From Macrostomum lignano (lineage: Eukaryota): 64,000 nucleotides of DNA. The notes below the pieces were generated by a model that was not told where the DNA came from, searched no databases, and saw nothing but the letters and a program-made list of their open reading frames with translations. Numbering within the stretch: position 1 is the first letter of the stretch; each line of letters begins with the position of its first letter. Positions 1 to 15,496 of the stretch are shown one piece after another. The translations under genes were made by a program, and so were the position numbers. The stretch lies in the NCBI GenBank assembly GCA_002269645.1, contig NIVC01000728.1, forward strand, positions 1 to 64,000, in the 5' to 3' direction.

Positions 1-3000
1 CTAAGATGGACACTAAAGGACACTGAGATGGACACTAAGGACACTGAGATGGACACTAAGGACACTAAGATGGACACTAAGGACACTGAGATGGACACTA
101 AGGACACTAAGATGGACACTAAGGACACTAAGATGGACACTAAGGACACTGAGATGGACACTTAGGACACTGAGATGGACACTAAGGACACTAAGATGGA
201 CACTAAGGACACTAAGATGGACACTTAGGGCACTGAGATGGACACTTAGGACACTAAGATGGACACTAAGGACACTAAGATGGACACTTAGGACACTGAG
301 ATGGACACTAAGAGACATAAGATGGACACTAAGGACACTAGATGGACACTAAAGGACAGGAGATGGACACTAAGGACACTAAGATGGACACTTAGGACAC
401 TGAGATGGACACTAAAGACAGTGAGATGGACACTTAGGACACTGAGATGGACACTAAGGACACTGAGATGGACACTAAGGACACTAAGATGGACACTAAG
501 GACACTAAGATGGACACTTAGGACACTGAGATGGACACTAAGGACAGTGAGATGGACACTAAGGACACTGAGATGGACACTAAGGACACTAAGATGGACA
601 CTAAGGACACTAAGATGGACACTTAAGGACACTAAGATGGACACTTAGGACACTAAGATGGACACTAAGGACACTAAGATGGACACTAAGGACACTGAGA
701 TGGACACTAAGGACACTGAGATGGACACTAAGGACACTGAGATGGACACTTAGGACACTGAGATGGACACTTAGGACACTAAGATGGACACTTAGGACAC
801 TGAGATGGACACTAAGGACACTGAGATGGACACTAAGGACACTGAGATGGACACTAAGGACACTAAGATGGACACTAAGGACACTAAGATGGACACTTAG
901 GACACTGAGATGGACACTAAAGACAGTGAGATGGACACTAAGGACACTAAGATGGACACTTAGGACACTGAGATGGACACTTAGGACACTGAGATGGACA
1001 CTAAGGACACTAAGATGGACACTTAGGACACTAAGATGGACATTAGGACACTGAGATGGACACTAAGGACAGTGAGATGGACACTAAGGACACTGAGATG
1101 GACACTAAGGACACTAAGATGGACACTAAGGACAGTGAGATGGACACTAAGGACACTAAGATGGACACTAAGGACACTGAGATGGACACTAAGGACACTG
1201 AGATGGACACTAAGGACACTAAGATGGACACTAAGGACACTAAGATGGACACTTAGGACACTGAGATGGACACTAAGGACACTGAGATGGACACTAAGGA
1301 CACTAAGATGGACACTAAGGACACTGAGATGGACACTAAGGACACTGAGATGGACACTAAGGACACTAAGATGGACACTAAGGACACTAAGATGGACACT
1401 TAGGACACTGAGATGGACACTAAGGACACTAAGATGGACACTAAGGACACTAAGATGGACACTAAGGACACTAAGATGGACACTAAGGACACTGAGATGG
1501 ACACTAAGGACACTGAGATGGACACTAAGGACACTGAGATGGACACTAAGGACACTGAGATGGACACTAAGGACACTGAGATGGACACTAAGGACACTAA
1601 GATGGACACTTAGGACACTAAGATGGACACTAAGGACACTAAGATGGACACTAAGGACACTGAGATGGACACTAAGGACACTAAGATGGACACTAAGGAC
1701 ACTAAGATGGACACTAAGGACACTGAGATGGACACTTAAGGACACTAAGATGGACACTAAGGACACTAAGATGGACACTAAGGACACTAAGATGGACACT
1801 AAGGACACTGAGATGGACACTAAGGACAAAGATGGACACTAAGGACACTGAGATGGACACTTAAGGACACTGAGATGGACACTAAGGACACTAAGATGGA
1901 CACTTAGGACACTAAGATGGACACTTAGGACACTGAGATGGACACTAAGGACACTGAGATGGACACTAAGGACACTGAGATGGACACTAAGGACACTGAG
2001 ATGGACACTAAGGACACTGAGATGGACACTAAGGACACTGAGATGGACACTAAGGACACTAAGATGGACACTTAGGACACTGAGATGGACACTAAGGACA
2101 CTGAGATGGACACTAAGGACACTAGATGGACACTAAGGACACTAAGATGGACACTAAGGACAGTGAGATGGACACTAAGGACACTAAGATGGACACTTAG
2201 GACACTGAGATGGACACTAAGGACACTAAGATGGACACTAAGGACACTAAGATGGACACTAAGGACACTGAGATGGACACTAAGGACACTAAGATGGACA
2301 CTAAGGACACTAAGATGGACACTTAGGACACTAAGATGGACACTAAGGACACTAAGATGGACACTAAGGACACTAAGATGGACACTAAGGACACTGAGAT
2401 GGACACTAAGGACACTAGATGGACACTAAGGACACTAAGATGGACACTAGGACACTAAGATGGACACTTAGGACACTAAGATGGACACTAAGGACACTGA
2501 GATGGACACTAAGGACACTAAGATGGACACTAAGGACACTAAGATGGACACTAAGGACACTGAGATGGACACTAAGGACACTAAGATGGACACTAAGGAC
2601 ACTAAGATGGACACTTAGGACACTGAGATGGACACTAAGACAGTGAGATGGACACTAAGGACACTAAGATGGACACTAGGACACTGAGATGGACACTTAA
2701 GGACACTGAGATGGACACTAAGGACACTAAGATGGACACTTAGGACACTAAGATGGACACTAAGGACACTGAGATGGACACTAAGGACACTGAGATGGAC
2801 ACTAAGGACACTGAGATGGACACTAAGGACACTAAGATGGACACTAAGGACACTAAGATGGACACTAGGACACTAAGATGGACACTAGGACACTAAGATG
2901 GACACTAAGGACACTGAGATGGACACTAAGGACACTGAGATGGACACTAAGGACACTAAGATGGACACTAAGGACACTAAGATGGACACTAAGGACACTA

Positions 3001-6000
3001 AGATGGACACTTAGGACACTGAGATGGACACTAAGGACAGTGAGATGGACACTAAGGACACTGAGATGGACACTAAGGACACTAAGATGGACACTAAGGA
3101 CACTAAGATGGACACTAGGACACTAAGATGGACACTTAGGACACTAAGATGGACACTAAGGACACTAAGATGGACACTAAGGACACTGAGATGGACACTA
3201 AGGACACTAAGATGGACACTAAGGACACTAAGATGGACACTTAGGACACTGAGATGGACACTAAGGACACTAAGATGGACACTAAGGACACTAAGATGGA
3301 CACTAAGGACACTGAGATGGACACTAAGGACACTGAGATGGACACTAAGGACACTAAGATGGACACTTAGGACACTGAGATGGACACTAGGACACTGAGA
3401 TGGACACTAAGGACACTGAAGATGGACACTAAGGACACTGAGATGGACACTTAGGACACTGAGATGGACACTAAGGACACTGAGATGGACACTAAGGACA
3501 CTAAGATGGACACTAAGGACAGTGAGATGGACACTAAGGACACTGAGATGGACACTAAGGACACTGAGATGGACACTTAGGGCACTGAGATGGACACTTA
3601 GGACACTAAGATGGACACTAAGGACACTGAGATGGACACTAGGACACTAAGATGGACACTAGGACACTAAGATGGACACTTAGGACACTGAGATGGACAC
3701 TAAGGACACTGAGATGGACACTAAGGACACTGAGATGGACACTAAGGACACTAAGATGGACACTAAGGACACTAAGATGGACACTTAGGACACTGAGATG
3801 GACACTAAGGACAGTGAGATGGACACTAAGGACACTGAGATGGACACTAGGACACTGAGATGGACACTAAGGACACTAAGATGGACACTTAGGACACTGA
3901 GATGGACACTAAGGACAGTGAGATGGACACTAAGGACACTGAGATGGACACTAAGGACACTAAGATGGACACTAAGGACACTAAGATGGACACTTAGGAC
4001 ACTGAGATGGACACTAAGGACAGTGAGATGGACACTAAGGACACTGAGATGGACACTAAGGACACTAAGATGGACACTAAGGACACTGAGATGGACACTA
4101 AGGACACTAAGATGGACACTTAGGACACTGAGATGGACACTAAGGACACTGAGATGGACACTAAGGACACTAAGATGGACACTAAGGACACTAAGATGGA
4201 CACTAGGACACTGAGATGGACACTTAGGACACTGAGATGGACACTAAGGACACTAAGATGGACACTAAGGACACTGAGATGGACACTAAGGACACTGAGA
4301 TGGACACTAAGGACACTAAGATGGACACTAAGGACACTAAGATGGACACTTAGGACACTGAGATGGACACTAAGGACACTAAGATGGACACTAAGGACAC
4401 TAAGATGGACACTAGGACACTAAGATGGACACTTAGGACACTGAGATGGACACTAAGGACACTGAGATGGACACTAAGGACACTGAGATGGACACTAAGG
4501 ACACTAAGATGGACACTAAGGACACTAAGATGGACACTTAGGACACTAAGATGGACACTAGGACACTAAGATGGACACTAAGGACACTAAGATGGACACT
4601 AAGGACACTGAGATGGACACTAAGGACACTAAGATGGACACTAAGGACACTAAGATGGACACTAGGACACTGAGATGGACACTAAGGACACTAAGATGGA
4701 CACTAAGGACACTAAGATGGACACTTAGGACACTGAGATGGACACTAAAGACAGTGAGATGGACACTAAGGACACTGAGATGGACACTTAGGGCACTGAG
4801 ATGGACACTTAGGACACTGAGATGGACACTAAGGACACTAAGATGGACACTTAGGACACTAAGATGGACACTTAGGACACTGAGATGGACACTAAGGACA
4901 GTGAGATGGACACTAAGGACACTGAGATGGACACTAAGGACACTAAGATGGACACTAAGGACACTAAGATGGACACTAAGGACACTAAGATGGACACTAA
5001 GGACACTGAGATGGACACTAAGGACACTAAGATGGACACTTAGGACACTGAGATGGACACTAAGGACACTGAGATGGACACTAAGGACACTAAGATGGAC
5101 ACTAAGGACACTAAGATGGACACTAGGACACTGAGATGGACACTAAGGACACTGAGATGGACACTAAGGACACTAAGATGGACACTAAGGACAGTGAGAT
5201 GGACACTAAGGACACTGAGATGGACACTAAGGACACTGAGATGGACACTAAGGACACTGAGATGGACACTAAGGACACTAAGATGGACACTAAGGACACT
5301 AAGATGGACACTTAGGACACTGAGATGGACACTAAGGACACTGAGATGGACACTAAGGACACTAAGATGGACACTTAGGACACTGAGATGGACACTAAGG
5401 ACAGTGAGATGGACACTAAGGACACTGAGATGGACACTAAGGACACTGAGATGGACACTAAGACACTGAGATGGACACTAGGACACTGAGATGGACACTT
5501 AGGACACTGAGATGGACACTAAGGACACTGAGATGGACACTAAGGACACTAAGATGGACACTAAGGACACTAAGATGGACACTAAGGACACTGAGATGGA
5601 CACTAAGGACACTGAGATGGACACTAAGGACACTAAGATGGACACTTAGGACACTGAGATGGACACTAAGGACACTGAGATGGACACTAAGGACACTAAG
5701 ATGGACACTAAGGACACTAAGATGGACACTTAGGACACTGAGATGGACACTAAGGACAGTGAGATGGACACTAAGGACACTGAGATGGACACTAAGGACA
5801 CTGAGATGGACACTAAGGACACTAAGATGGACACTAAGGACACTAAGATGGACACTTAGGACACTGAGATGGACACTAAGGACAGTGAGATGGACACTAA
5901 GGACACTGAGATGGACACTAAGGACACTAAGATGGACACTAAGGACAGTGAGATGGACACTAAGGACACTAAGATGGACACTTAGGACACTGAGATGGAC

Positions 6001-9000
6001 ACTAAGGACAGTGAGATGGACACTAAGGACACTAAGATGGACACTAAGGACACTAAGATGGACACTAAGGACACTAAGATGGACACTAAGGACACTAAGA
6101 TGGACACTTAGGACACTGAGATGGACACTAAGGACAGTGAGATGGACACTAAGGACACTGAGATGGACACTAAGGACACTAAGATGGACACTAAGGACAC
6201 TAAGATGGACACTTAGGACACTAAGATGGACACTTAGGACACTAAGATGGACACTAAGGACACTAAGATGGACACTAAGGACACTGAGATGGACACTAAG
6301 GACACTAAGATGGACACTAAGGACACTGAGATGGACACTTAGGACACTAAGATGGACACTTAGGACACTAAGATGGACACTTAGGACACTGAGATGGACA
6401 CTAAGGACAGTGAGATGGACACTAAGGACACTGAGATGGACACTAAGGACACTAAGATGGACACTAAGGACACTAAGATGGACACTTAGGACACTGAGAT
6501 GGACACTAAGGACAGTGAGATGGACACTAAGGACACTGAGATGGACACTTAGGACACTGAGATGGACACTAAGGACACTAAGATGGACACTAGGACACTG
6601 AGATGGACACTAAGGACAGTGAGATGGACACTAAGGACACTGAGATGGACACTAAGGACACTAAGATGGACACTAAGGACACTAAGATGGACACTTAGGA
6701 CACTGAGATGGACACTAAGGACACTGAGATGGACACTAAGGACACTGAGATGGACACTAAGGACACTAAGATGGACACTAAGGACACTGAGATGGACACT
6801 AAGGACACTAAGATGGACACTAAGGACACTGAGATGGACACTAAGGACACTAAGATGGACACTAAGGACACTAAGATGGACACTAAGGACACTAAGATGG
6901 ACACTTAGGACACTAAGATGGACACTAAGGACAGTGAGATGGACACTAAGGACACTGAGATGGACACTAAGGACACTAAGATGGACACTAAGGACACTAA
7001 GATGGACACTTAGGACACTAAGATGGACACTAAGGACACTAAGATGGACACTAAGGACACTAAGATGGACACTAAGGACACTGAGATGGACACTAAGGAC
7101 ACTGAGATGGACACTTAGGACACTGAGATGGACACTAAGGACACTGAGATGGACACTAAGGACACTAAGATGGACACTAAGGACACTAAGATGGACACTT
7201 AGGACACTGAGATGGACACTAAGGACACTAAGATGGACACTAAGGACACTAAGATGGACACTTAGGACACTGAGATGGACACTAAAGACAGTGAGATGGA
7301 CACTAAGGACACTAAGATGGACACTTAGGGCACTGAGATGGACACTTAGGACACTGAGATGGACACTAAGGACACTAAGATGGACACTTAGGACACTAAG
7401 ATGGACACTTAGGACACTGAGATGGACACTAAGGACACTGAGATGGACACTAAGGACACTGAGATGGACACTAAGGACACTAAGATGGACACTAAGGACA
7501 CTGAGATGGACACTAAGGACACTAAGATGGACACTAAGGACACTGAGATGGACACTAAGGACACTAAGATGGACACTAGGACACTGAGATGGACACTAAG
7601 GACACTGAGATGGACACTAAGGACACTAAGATGGACACTAAGGACACTAAGATGGACACTTAGGACACTGAGATGGACACTAAGGACACTGAGATGGACA
7701 CTAAGGACACTAAGATGGACACTAAGGACACTGAGATGGACACTAAGGACACTGAGATGGACACTAAGGACACTAAGATGGACACTAGGACACTGAGATG
7801 GACACTAGGACACTAAGATGGACACTAGGACACTGAGATGGACACTTAAGGACACTAAGATGGACACTAAGGACACTAAGATGGACACTAGGACACTGAG
7901 ATGGACACTAAGGACACTGAGATGGACACTAAGGACACTGAGATGGACACTAAGGACACTAAGATGGACACTAAGGACACTAAGATGGACACTTAGGACA
8001 CTGAGATGGACACTAAGGACAGTGAGATGGACACTAAGGACACTGAGATGGACACTAAGGACACTGAGATGGACACTAAGGACACTAAGATGGACACTAG
8101 GACACTGAGATGGACACTAAGGACACTGAGATGGACACTAAGGACACTGAGATGGACACTAAGGACACTAGATGGACACTAAGGACACTAAGATGGACAC
8201 TTAGGACACTGAGATGGACACTAAGGACACTGAGATGGACACTAAGGACACTGAGATGGACACTAAGGACACTAAGATGGACACTAAGGACACTGAGATG
8301 GACACTAAGGACACTAAGATGGACACTAGGACACTGAGATGGACACTAAGGACACTGAGATGGACACTAAGGACACTAAGATGGACACTAAGGACACTAA
8401 GATGGACACTTAGGACACTGAGATGGACACTAAGGACACTGAGATGGACACTAAGGACACTAAGATGGACACTAAGGACACTGAGATGGACACTAAGGAC
8501 ACTGAGATGGACACTAAGGACACTAAGATGGACACTAAGGACACTAGATGGACACTTAGGACACTGAGATGGACACTAAGGACACTAAGATGGACACTAA
8601 GGACACTAAGATGGACACTTAGGACACTGAGATGGACACTAGGACACTAAGATGGACACTAAGGACACTAAGATGGACACTAAGGACACTGAGATGGACA
8701 CTAAGGACACTAAGATGGACACTAAGGACACTAAGATGGACACTTAGGACACTGAGATGGACACTAAGGACACTAAGATGGACACTAAGGACACTAAGAT
8801 GGACACTAGGACACTGAGATGGACACTAAAGACAGTGAGATGGACACTAAGGACACTGAGATGGACACTTAGGGCACTGAGATGGACACTTAGGACACTG
8901 AGATGGACACTAAGGACACTAAGATGGACACTAGGACACTAAGATGGACACTTAGGACACTGAGATGGACACTAAGGGACACTGACACTGAGATGGACAC

Positions 9001-12000
9001 TAAGGACACTGAGATGGACACTAAGGACACTAGATGGACACTAAGGACACTAAGATGGACACTAAGGACACTAAGATGGACACTAGGACACTGAGATGGA
9101 CACTAAGGACACTGAGATGGACACTAAGGACACTAAGATGGACACTAAGGACACTGAGATGGACACTAAGGACACTGAGATGGACACTAAGGACACTAAG
9201 ATGGACACTAGGACACTGAGATGGACACTAGGACACTAAGATGGACACTAAGGACACTAGATGGACACTAAGGACACTGAGATGGACACTAAGGACACTG
9301 AGATGGACACTAAGGACACTAAGATGGACACTTAGGACACTGAGATGGACACTAAGGACAGTGAGATGGACACTAAGGACACTGAGATGGACACTAAGGA
9401 CACTGAGATGGACACTAAGGACACTAAGATGGACACTAGGACACTAAGATGGACACTAGGACACTAAGATGGACACTAAGGACACTAAGATGGACACTAA
9501 GGACACTGAGATGGACACTAAGGACACTAAGATGGACACTAAGGACACTGAGATGGACACTAAGGACACTAAGATGGACACTTAGGACACTAAGATGGAC
9601 ACTTAGGACACTGAGATGGACACTAAGGACAGTGAGATGGACACTAAGGACACTGAGATGGACACTAAGGACACTAAGATGGACACTAAGGACACTAAGA
9701 TGGACACTAAGGACACTGAGATGGACACTAAGGACACTGAGATGGACACTAAGGACACTGAGATGGACACTAAGGACACTGAGATGGACACTAAGGACAC
9801 TAAGATGGACACTTAGGACACTGAGATGGACACTAAGGACACTGAGATGGACACTAAGGACACTGAGATGGACACTAAGGACACTAAGATGGACACTAAG
9901 GACACTAAGATGGACACTTAGGACACTGAGATGGACACTAAGGACAGTGAGATGGACACTAAGGACACTGAGATGGACACTAAGGACACTAAGATGGACA
10001 CTAAGGACAGTGAGATGGACACTAAGGACACTAAGATGGACACTTAGGACACTGAGATGGACACTAAGGACACTAAGATGGACACTAAGGACACTAAGAT
10101 GGACACTTAGGACACTAAGATGGACACTTAGGACACTAAGATGGACACTAAGGACAGTGAGATGGACACTAAGGACACTGAGATGGACACTAAGGACACT
10201 AAGATGGACACTAAGGACACTAAGATGGACACTAGGACACTAAGATGGACACTTAGGACACTAAGATGGACACTAAGGACACTAAGATGGACACTAAGGA
10301 CACTGAGATGGACACTAAAGACAGTGAGATGGACACTTAGGACACTGAGATGGACACTAAGGACACTGAGATGGACACTAAGGACACTAAGATGGACACT
10401 AAGGACACTAAGATGGACACTTAGGACACTGAGATGGACACTAAGGACACTAAGATGGACACTAAGGACACTAAGATGGACACTTAGGACACTGAGATGG
10501 ACACTAAAGACAGTGAGATGGACACTAAGGACACTAAGATGGACACTTAGGGCACTGAGATGGACACTTAGGACACTGAGATGGACACTAAGGACACTAA
10601 GATGGACACTTAGGACACTAAGATGGACACTTAGGACACTGAGATGGACACTAAGGACAGTGAGATGGACACTAAGGACACTGAGATGGACACTAAGGAC
10701 ACTAAGATGGACACTAAGGACACTGAGATGGACACTAAGGACACTAAGATGGACACTAAGGACAGTGAGATGGACACTAAGGACACTAAGATGGACACTT
10801 AGGACACTGAGATGGACACTAAGGACACTGAGATGGACACTAAGGACACTAAGATGGACACTAAGGACACTAAGATGGACACTTAGGACACTGAGATGGA
10901 CACTAAGGACACTGAGATGGACACTAAGGACACTAAGATGGACACTAAGGACAGTGAGATGGACACTAAGGACACTGAGATGGACACTAAGGACACTGAG
11001 ATGGACACTTAGGCCACTGAGATGGACACTTAGGACACTAAGATGGACACTTAGGGCACTGAGATGGACACTTAGGACACTAAGATGGACACTTAGGACA
11101 CTAAGATGGACACTTAGGACACTGAGATGGACACTAAGGACAGTGAGATGGACACTAAGGACACTGAGATGGACACTAAGGACACTAAGATGGACACTAA
11201 GGACACTAAGATGGACACTTAGGACACTGAGATGGACACTAAAGACAGTGAGATGGACACTAAGGACACTGAGATGGACACTTAGGACACTGAGATGGAC
11301 ACTAAGGACACTAAGATGGACACTTAGGACACTGAGATGGACACTAAGGACAGTGAGATGGACACTAAGGACACTGAGATGGGCACTAAGGACACTAAGA
11401 TGGACACTAAGGACACTAAGATGGACACTTAGGACACTGAGATGGACACTAAAGACAGTGAGATGGACACTAAGGACACTGAGATGGACACTAAGGACAC
11501 TAAGATGGACACTAAGGACAGTGAGATGGACACTAAGGACACTAAGATGGACACTTAGGACACTGAGATGGACACTAAGGACAGTGAGATGGACACTAAG
11601 GACACTAAGATGGACACTAAGGACACTAAGATGGACACTTAGGACACTGAGATGGACACTAAGGACACTGAGATGGACACTAAGGACACTAAGATGGACA
11701 CTAAGGACAGTGAGATGGACACTAAGGACACTGAGATGGACACTAAGGACACTAAGATGGACACTAAGGACACTAAGATGGACACTTAGGACACTGAGAT
11801 GGACACTAAGGACACTAAGATGGACACTAAGGACACTAAGATGGACACTTAGGACACTAAGATGGACACTTAGGACACTAAGATGGACACTAAGGACACT
11901 AAGATGGACACTAAGGACACTGAGATGGACACTAAGGACACTAAGATGGACACTAAGGACACTAAGATGGACACTTAGGACACTGAGATGGACACTAAGG

Positions 12001-13212
12001 ACACTAAGATGGACACTAAGGACACTAAGATGGACACTTAGGACACTGAGATGGACACTAAAGACAGTGAGATGGACACTAAGGACACTGAGATGGACAC
12101 TTAGGGCACTGAGATGGACACTTAGGACACTGAGATGGACACTAAGGACACTAAGATGGACACTTAGGACACTAAGATGGACACTTAGGACACTGAGATG
12201 GACACTAAGGACAGTGAGATGGACACTAAGGACAGTGAGATGGACACTAAGGACACTGAGATGGACACTAAGGACAGTGAGATGGACACTAAGGACACTA
12301 AGATGGACACTAAGGACACTAAGATGGACACTTAGGACACTGAGATGGACACTAAGGACACTGAGATGGACACTAAGGACACTAAGATGGACACTAAGGA
12401 CAGTGAGATGGACACTAAGGACACTGAGATGGACACTAAGGACACTAAGATGGACACTTAGGGCACTGAGATGGACACTTAGGACACTAAGATGGACACT
12501 TAGGACACTAAGATGGACACTTAGGACACTGAGATGGACACTAAGGACAGTGAGATGGACACTAAGGACACTAAGATGGACACTTAGGACACTGAGATGG
12601 ACACTAAAGACAGTGAGATGGACACTAAGGACACTGAGATGGACACTTAAGACACTGAGATGGACACTAAAGACAGTGAGATGGACACTTAGGACACTGA
12701 GATGGACACTTAGGACACTAAGATGGACACTAAGGACAGTGAGATGGACATTAAGGACACTAAGATGGACACTAAGGACACTAAGATGGACACTTAGGAC
12801 AGTGAGATGGACACTAAGGACACTGAGATGGACACTAAGGACACTAAGATGGACACTTAGGACACTGAGATGGACACTAAGGACAGTGAGATGGACACTA
12901 AGGACACTAAGATGGACACTAAGGACACTAAGATGGACACTTAGGACACTGAGATGGACACTAAGGACACTGAGATGGACACTAAGGACACTAAGATGGA
13001 CACTAAGGACACTAAGATGGACACTTAGGACACTGAGATGGACACTAAAGACAGTGAGATGGACACTAAGGACACTGAGATGGACACTTAGGACACTGAG
13101 ATGGACACTAAAGACAGTGAGATGGACACTTAGGACACTGAGATGGACACTTAGGACACTAAGATGGACACTTAGGACACAAGATGGATACTAAGGACAC
13201 TAAGATGGACAC
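1..13212. repeat. Giant 21-bp minisatellite array (GATGGACACT[A/T]AGGACA[C/G]T[G/A]A), about 630 copies, open at the window edge, inside a PRKD intron
   Basis: Directly visible tandem unit built from two GGACACT half-units; ends about 104 nt from the PRKD donor at 13316. Confidence 0.99.
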
Positions 13213-13316
13213 AAAGGTTAATTTTTTCTCAGCAAGTGCTCTTCATTTAAAAAACAGAACCCCACGTTAGTCCTGAAGGACAAGTGCCTTTGAGCAGCTG
13301 GACTCGGCTGGCTCAC

Positions 13317-13679
13317 CCTTGCACTGATATCCCTGGCGGAACAGGCCGTACATGAGCTTCCTGCAGAAATGGCAAACGGTTGGCTTGGTGTACGAATGAA
13401 TGTCGAATGTGTGCGGCACTTTGATCCGCTCCGCCAGCTGCCGCTCAAGCCATAGAGGTCGCCCACCGCTCCAGGACTTGCCGCAGGTGCCACCTCCTGG
13501 CTGCAGCTGCTGCTGTTGCTGTTGCTGCTGTTGCTGAGACTGTTGCTGCTGCAGTTGTTGCTGTTGCTGCAGCAGAAGCAGATCCTGGCCAGACGGGGAC
13601 GGCGAGGGTCCCGAGCGAGATCGCGAGCAGTTGTTGGGCAGCTTGTAAACGCAGCGCTTGTGAAAGTTCAGGCCGCAAC
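13317..13679 (-). CDS. PRKD: Protein kinase D exon: end of C1a, polyQ linker, first half of C1b
   Basis: Translates GCGLNFHKRCVYKLPNNC...polyQ...GRPLWLERQLAERIKVPHTFDIHSYTKPTVCHFCRKLMYGLFRQGYQCK; cag|GT acceptor, G|gtgag donor, 363 nt, phase 1/1; GRP..KVPHTF linker is PKD-diagnostic. Confidence 0.93.
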
Positions 13680-13761
13680 CTGCGTATTCAATATGATGTA
13701 CAAGGTGAGATAGAGTTCTGATTTTTTTGTGTACGGGAGGGACAGGGGTGATGAAATTCTT

Positions 13762-14400
13762 TGAATGTACAAGAGAGTGGGGAAGCTGGAGTTCTATGGA
13801 TGTACAAGAGGGGCAGAGAGGCTAGATTTCTATGAATGTACAAGAGGGGCAGAGAAACTAGAGTTTCATGAATGTACAAGAGGGGCAGAGAAACTAGAGT
13901 TCCATGAATGTACAAGAGGGGCAGAGAGGCTAGAGTTCTATGAATGTACAAGAGGGGCAGAGAGGCTAGAGTTCTATGAATGTACAAGAGGGGCAGAGAG
14001 GCTAGAGTTCTATGAATGTACAAGAGGGGCAGAGAGGCTAGAGTTCTATGAATCTACATGAGGGTAGAGAGGTTATATTTCTATGAATGTACATGAGGGC
14101 ATAGAGGCTAGAGTTCTATGAATGTACATGAGGGCATAGAGGCTAGAGTTCTATGAATGTACATGAGGGGCAGGAGGCTAGAGTTCTATGGATGTACAAG
14201 GGGACAGAGAGGCTAGAGTTCTATGAATCTACATGAGGGTAGAGAGGCTATATTTCTATGAATGTACATCAGGGCAGAAGAGGCTAGTAGAGTTCCATGA
14301 ATGTACAAGAGGGGCAGAGAGGCTAGAGTTCTATGAATGTACTTGAGGGGCAGAGAAACTAGAGTTCTATGAATGTACATGAGGGGCAGAGAAGCTGGAG
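13762..14400. repeat. 36-bp minisatellite (GAATGTACAAGAGGGGCAGAGAGGCTAGAGTTCTAT), about 17 copies, in a PRKD intron
   Basis: Visible tandem unit; starts about 80 nt from the acceptor at 13680. Confidence 0.95.
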
Positions 14401-15496
14401 CTTGACGTGTTTACAGAAAGGACGGAGAATTCTATACATACGTGCAGTAATTGCACAAACAACTGAGGTCGACATCCTGTGAATGGTTCAGCTTCTGTTC
14501 AGCTTTGTTCGCAAGCAGGATAATAGCTCTCCCTCCCTTGTTGAATATTCATTTGTGCGCTTGGATTCGTCATTTCGGGTCGATGCTTTTATCAGAGGGA
14601 GAACTGGCGAAGGAGGCTGGATGCAGCGGCTACACCGCCCCCCTGCACTATCTGTATGCTTATTTCAGCCTTCTGCTTTCACTTTCAGCTCGGATATTGA
14701 TGAGAGCGGGGGCGCAACTAGACGGTTGAGTGGCTGGGGTTGGGAACGCATCTGCTCCGAGATCGCTCTCTCGCTCTCTCTCTCAAGACTAAACAAGCGC
14801 ACGGGCACGGTCCCATTGTATTGCACTATACTAAACGACCCCCGCCCCGGTCTCCATTTTCTGAGTATTGTAAGGAAGGGTTATTAATCTGGGCAGAAAT
14901 ACGAGTTGAAGAGGTAGAGATAGGGAGGGAGACTAGAAGAAGAGTAGCGTGTGCTCTGCTCCCTCGCCAAACAGCAATCTTGGATCGGCAGATGGTTTGG
15001 AATCTTGACTGCTTGTTCCTTATCTCAGTTCGTTTGATTTCTTGAATCAACACAGGACATTATATGGCCTATCAGTTCTGACAAGAAGTCAAACTATTCG
15101 ACTTTTGCCTTCCTTTTATGCTCATCTGTCTATCTGTCAATCGAAATGGCATGACTCAAAAGAGCGGTGCTGATGAAGCTGGAAAGCTGGAAACATCAAG
15201 GGTGATCCTTTTTCTGTTTTTACACGTGCAGAGTTTCGTGACGATTTTTTTTCCTAATTTGGTGCCTTCTTAACCGGGAGGCTATGATTGCCAGTTAGTT
15301 TTCTATCATTCTTTTTATCTATCCCTCACTTGAAGCTGATTGGCTGTTCTTCCAAGCCAATTTCGCACATTCTAGCCCTCTGTCTTTATCAGCTAACCCA
15401 CCACCCCATCGTTTGGCTGCCATTATTTAAAGTGCATTTAAATTAAATTGTTTTCGCGCGAATTTAAACAACAAGTCACGTGATCGTTGCTCTCAC

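Noticed and set aside
13-13194. Long ORFs (up to 1017 aa) of RTLRWTL, MDTKDTE or SVHLSVL repeats
   Set aside because: They arise because the 21-bp unit is a multiple of 3 with stop-free frames; they are broken by indels, lie in a PRKD intron and have no domain
1-13212. CRISPR-like or recursive-splicing interpretation of the arrays
   Set aside because: No unique spacers or cas genes and a eukaryotic context; sense-strand AGs are followed by TG, not the AG|GT ratchet motif
14451-15053. Overlapping 75-134 aa ORFs in a PRKD intron
   Set aside because: No recognisable homology or consistent splice structure
15160-15210. CTGATGA...hairpin...GAAAC resembling a hammerhead ribozyme core
   Set aside because: Extra G before GAAA, and no stem III/NUH or stem I could be formed
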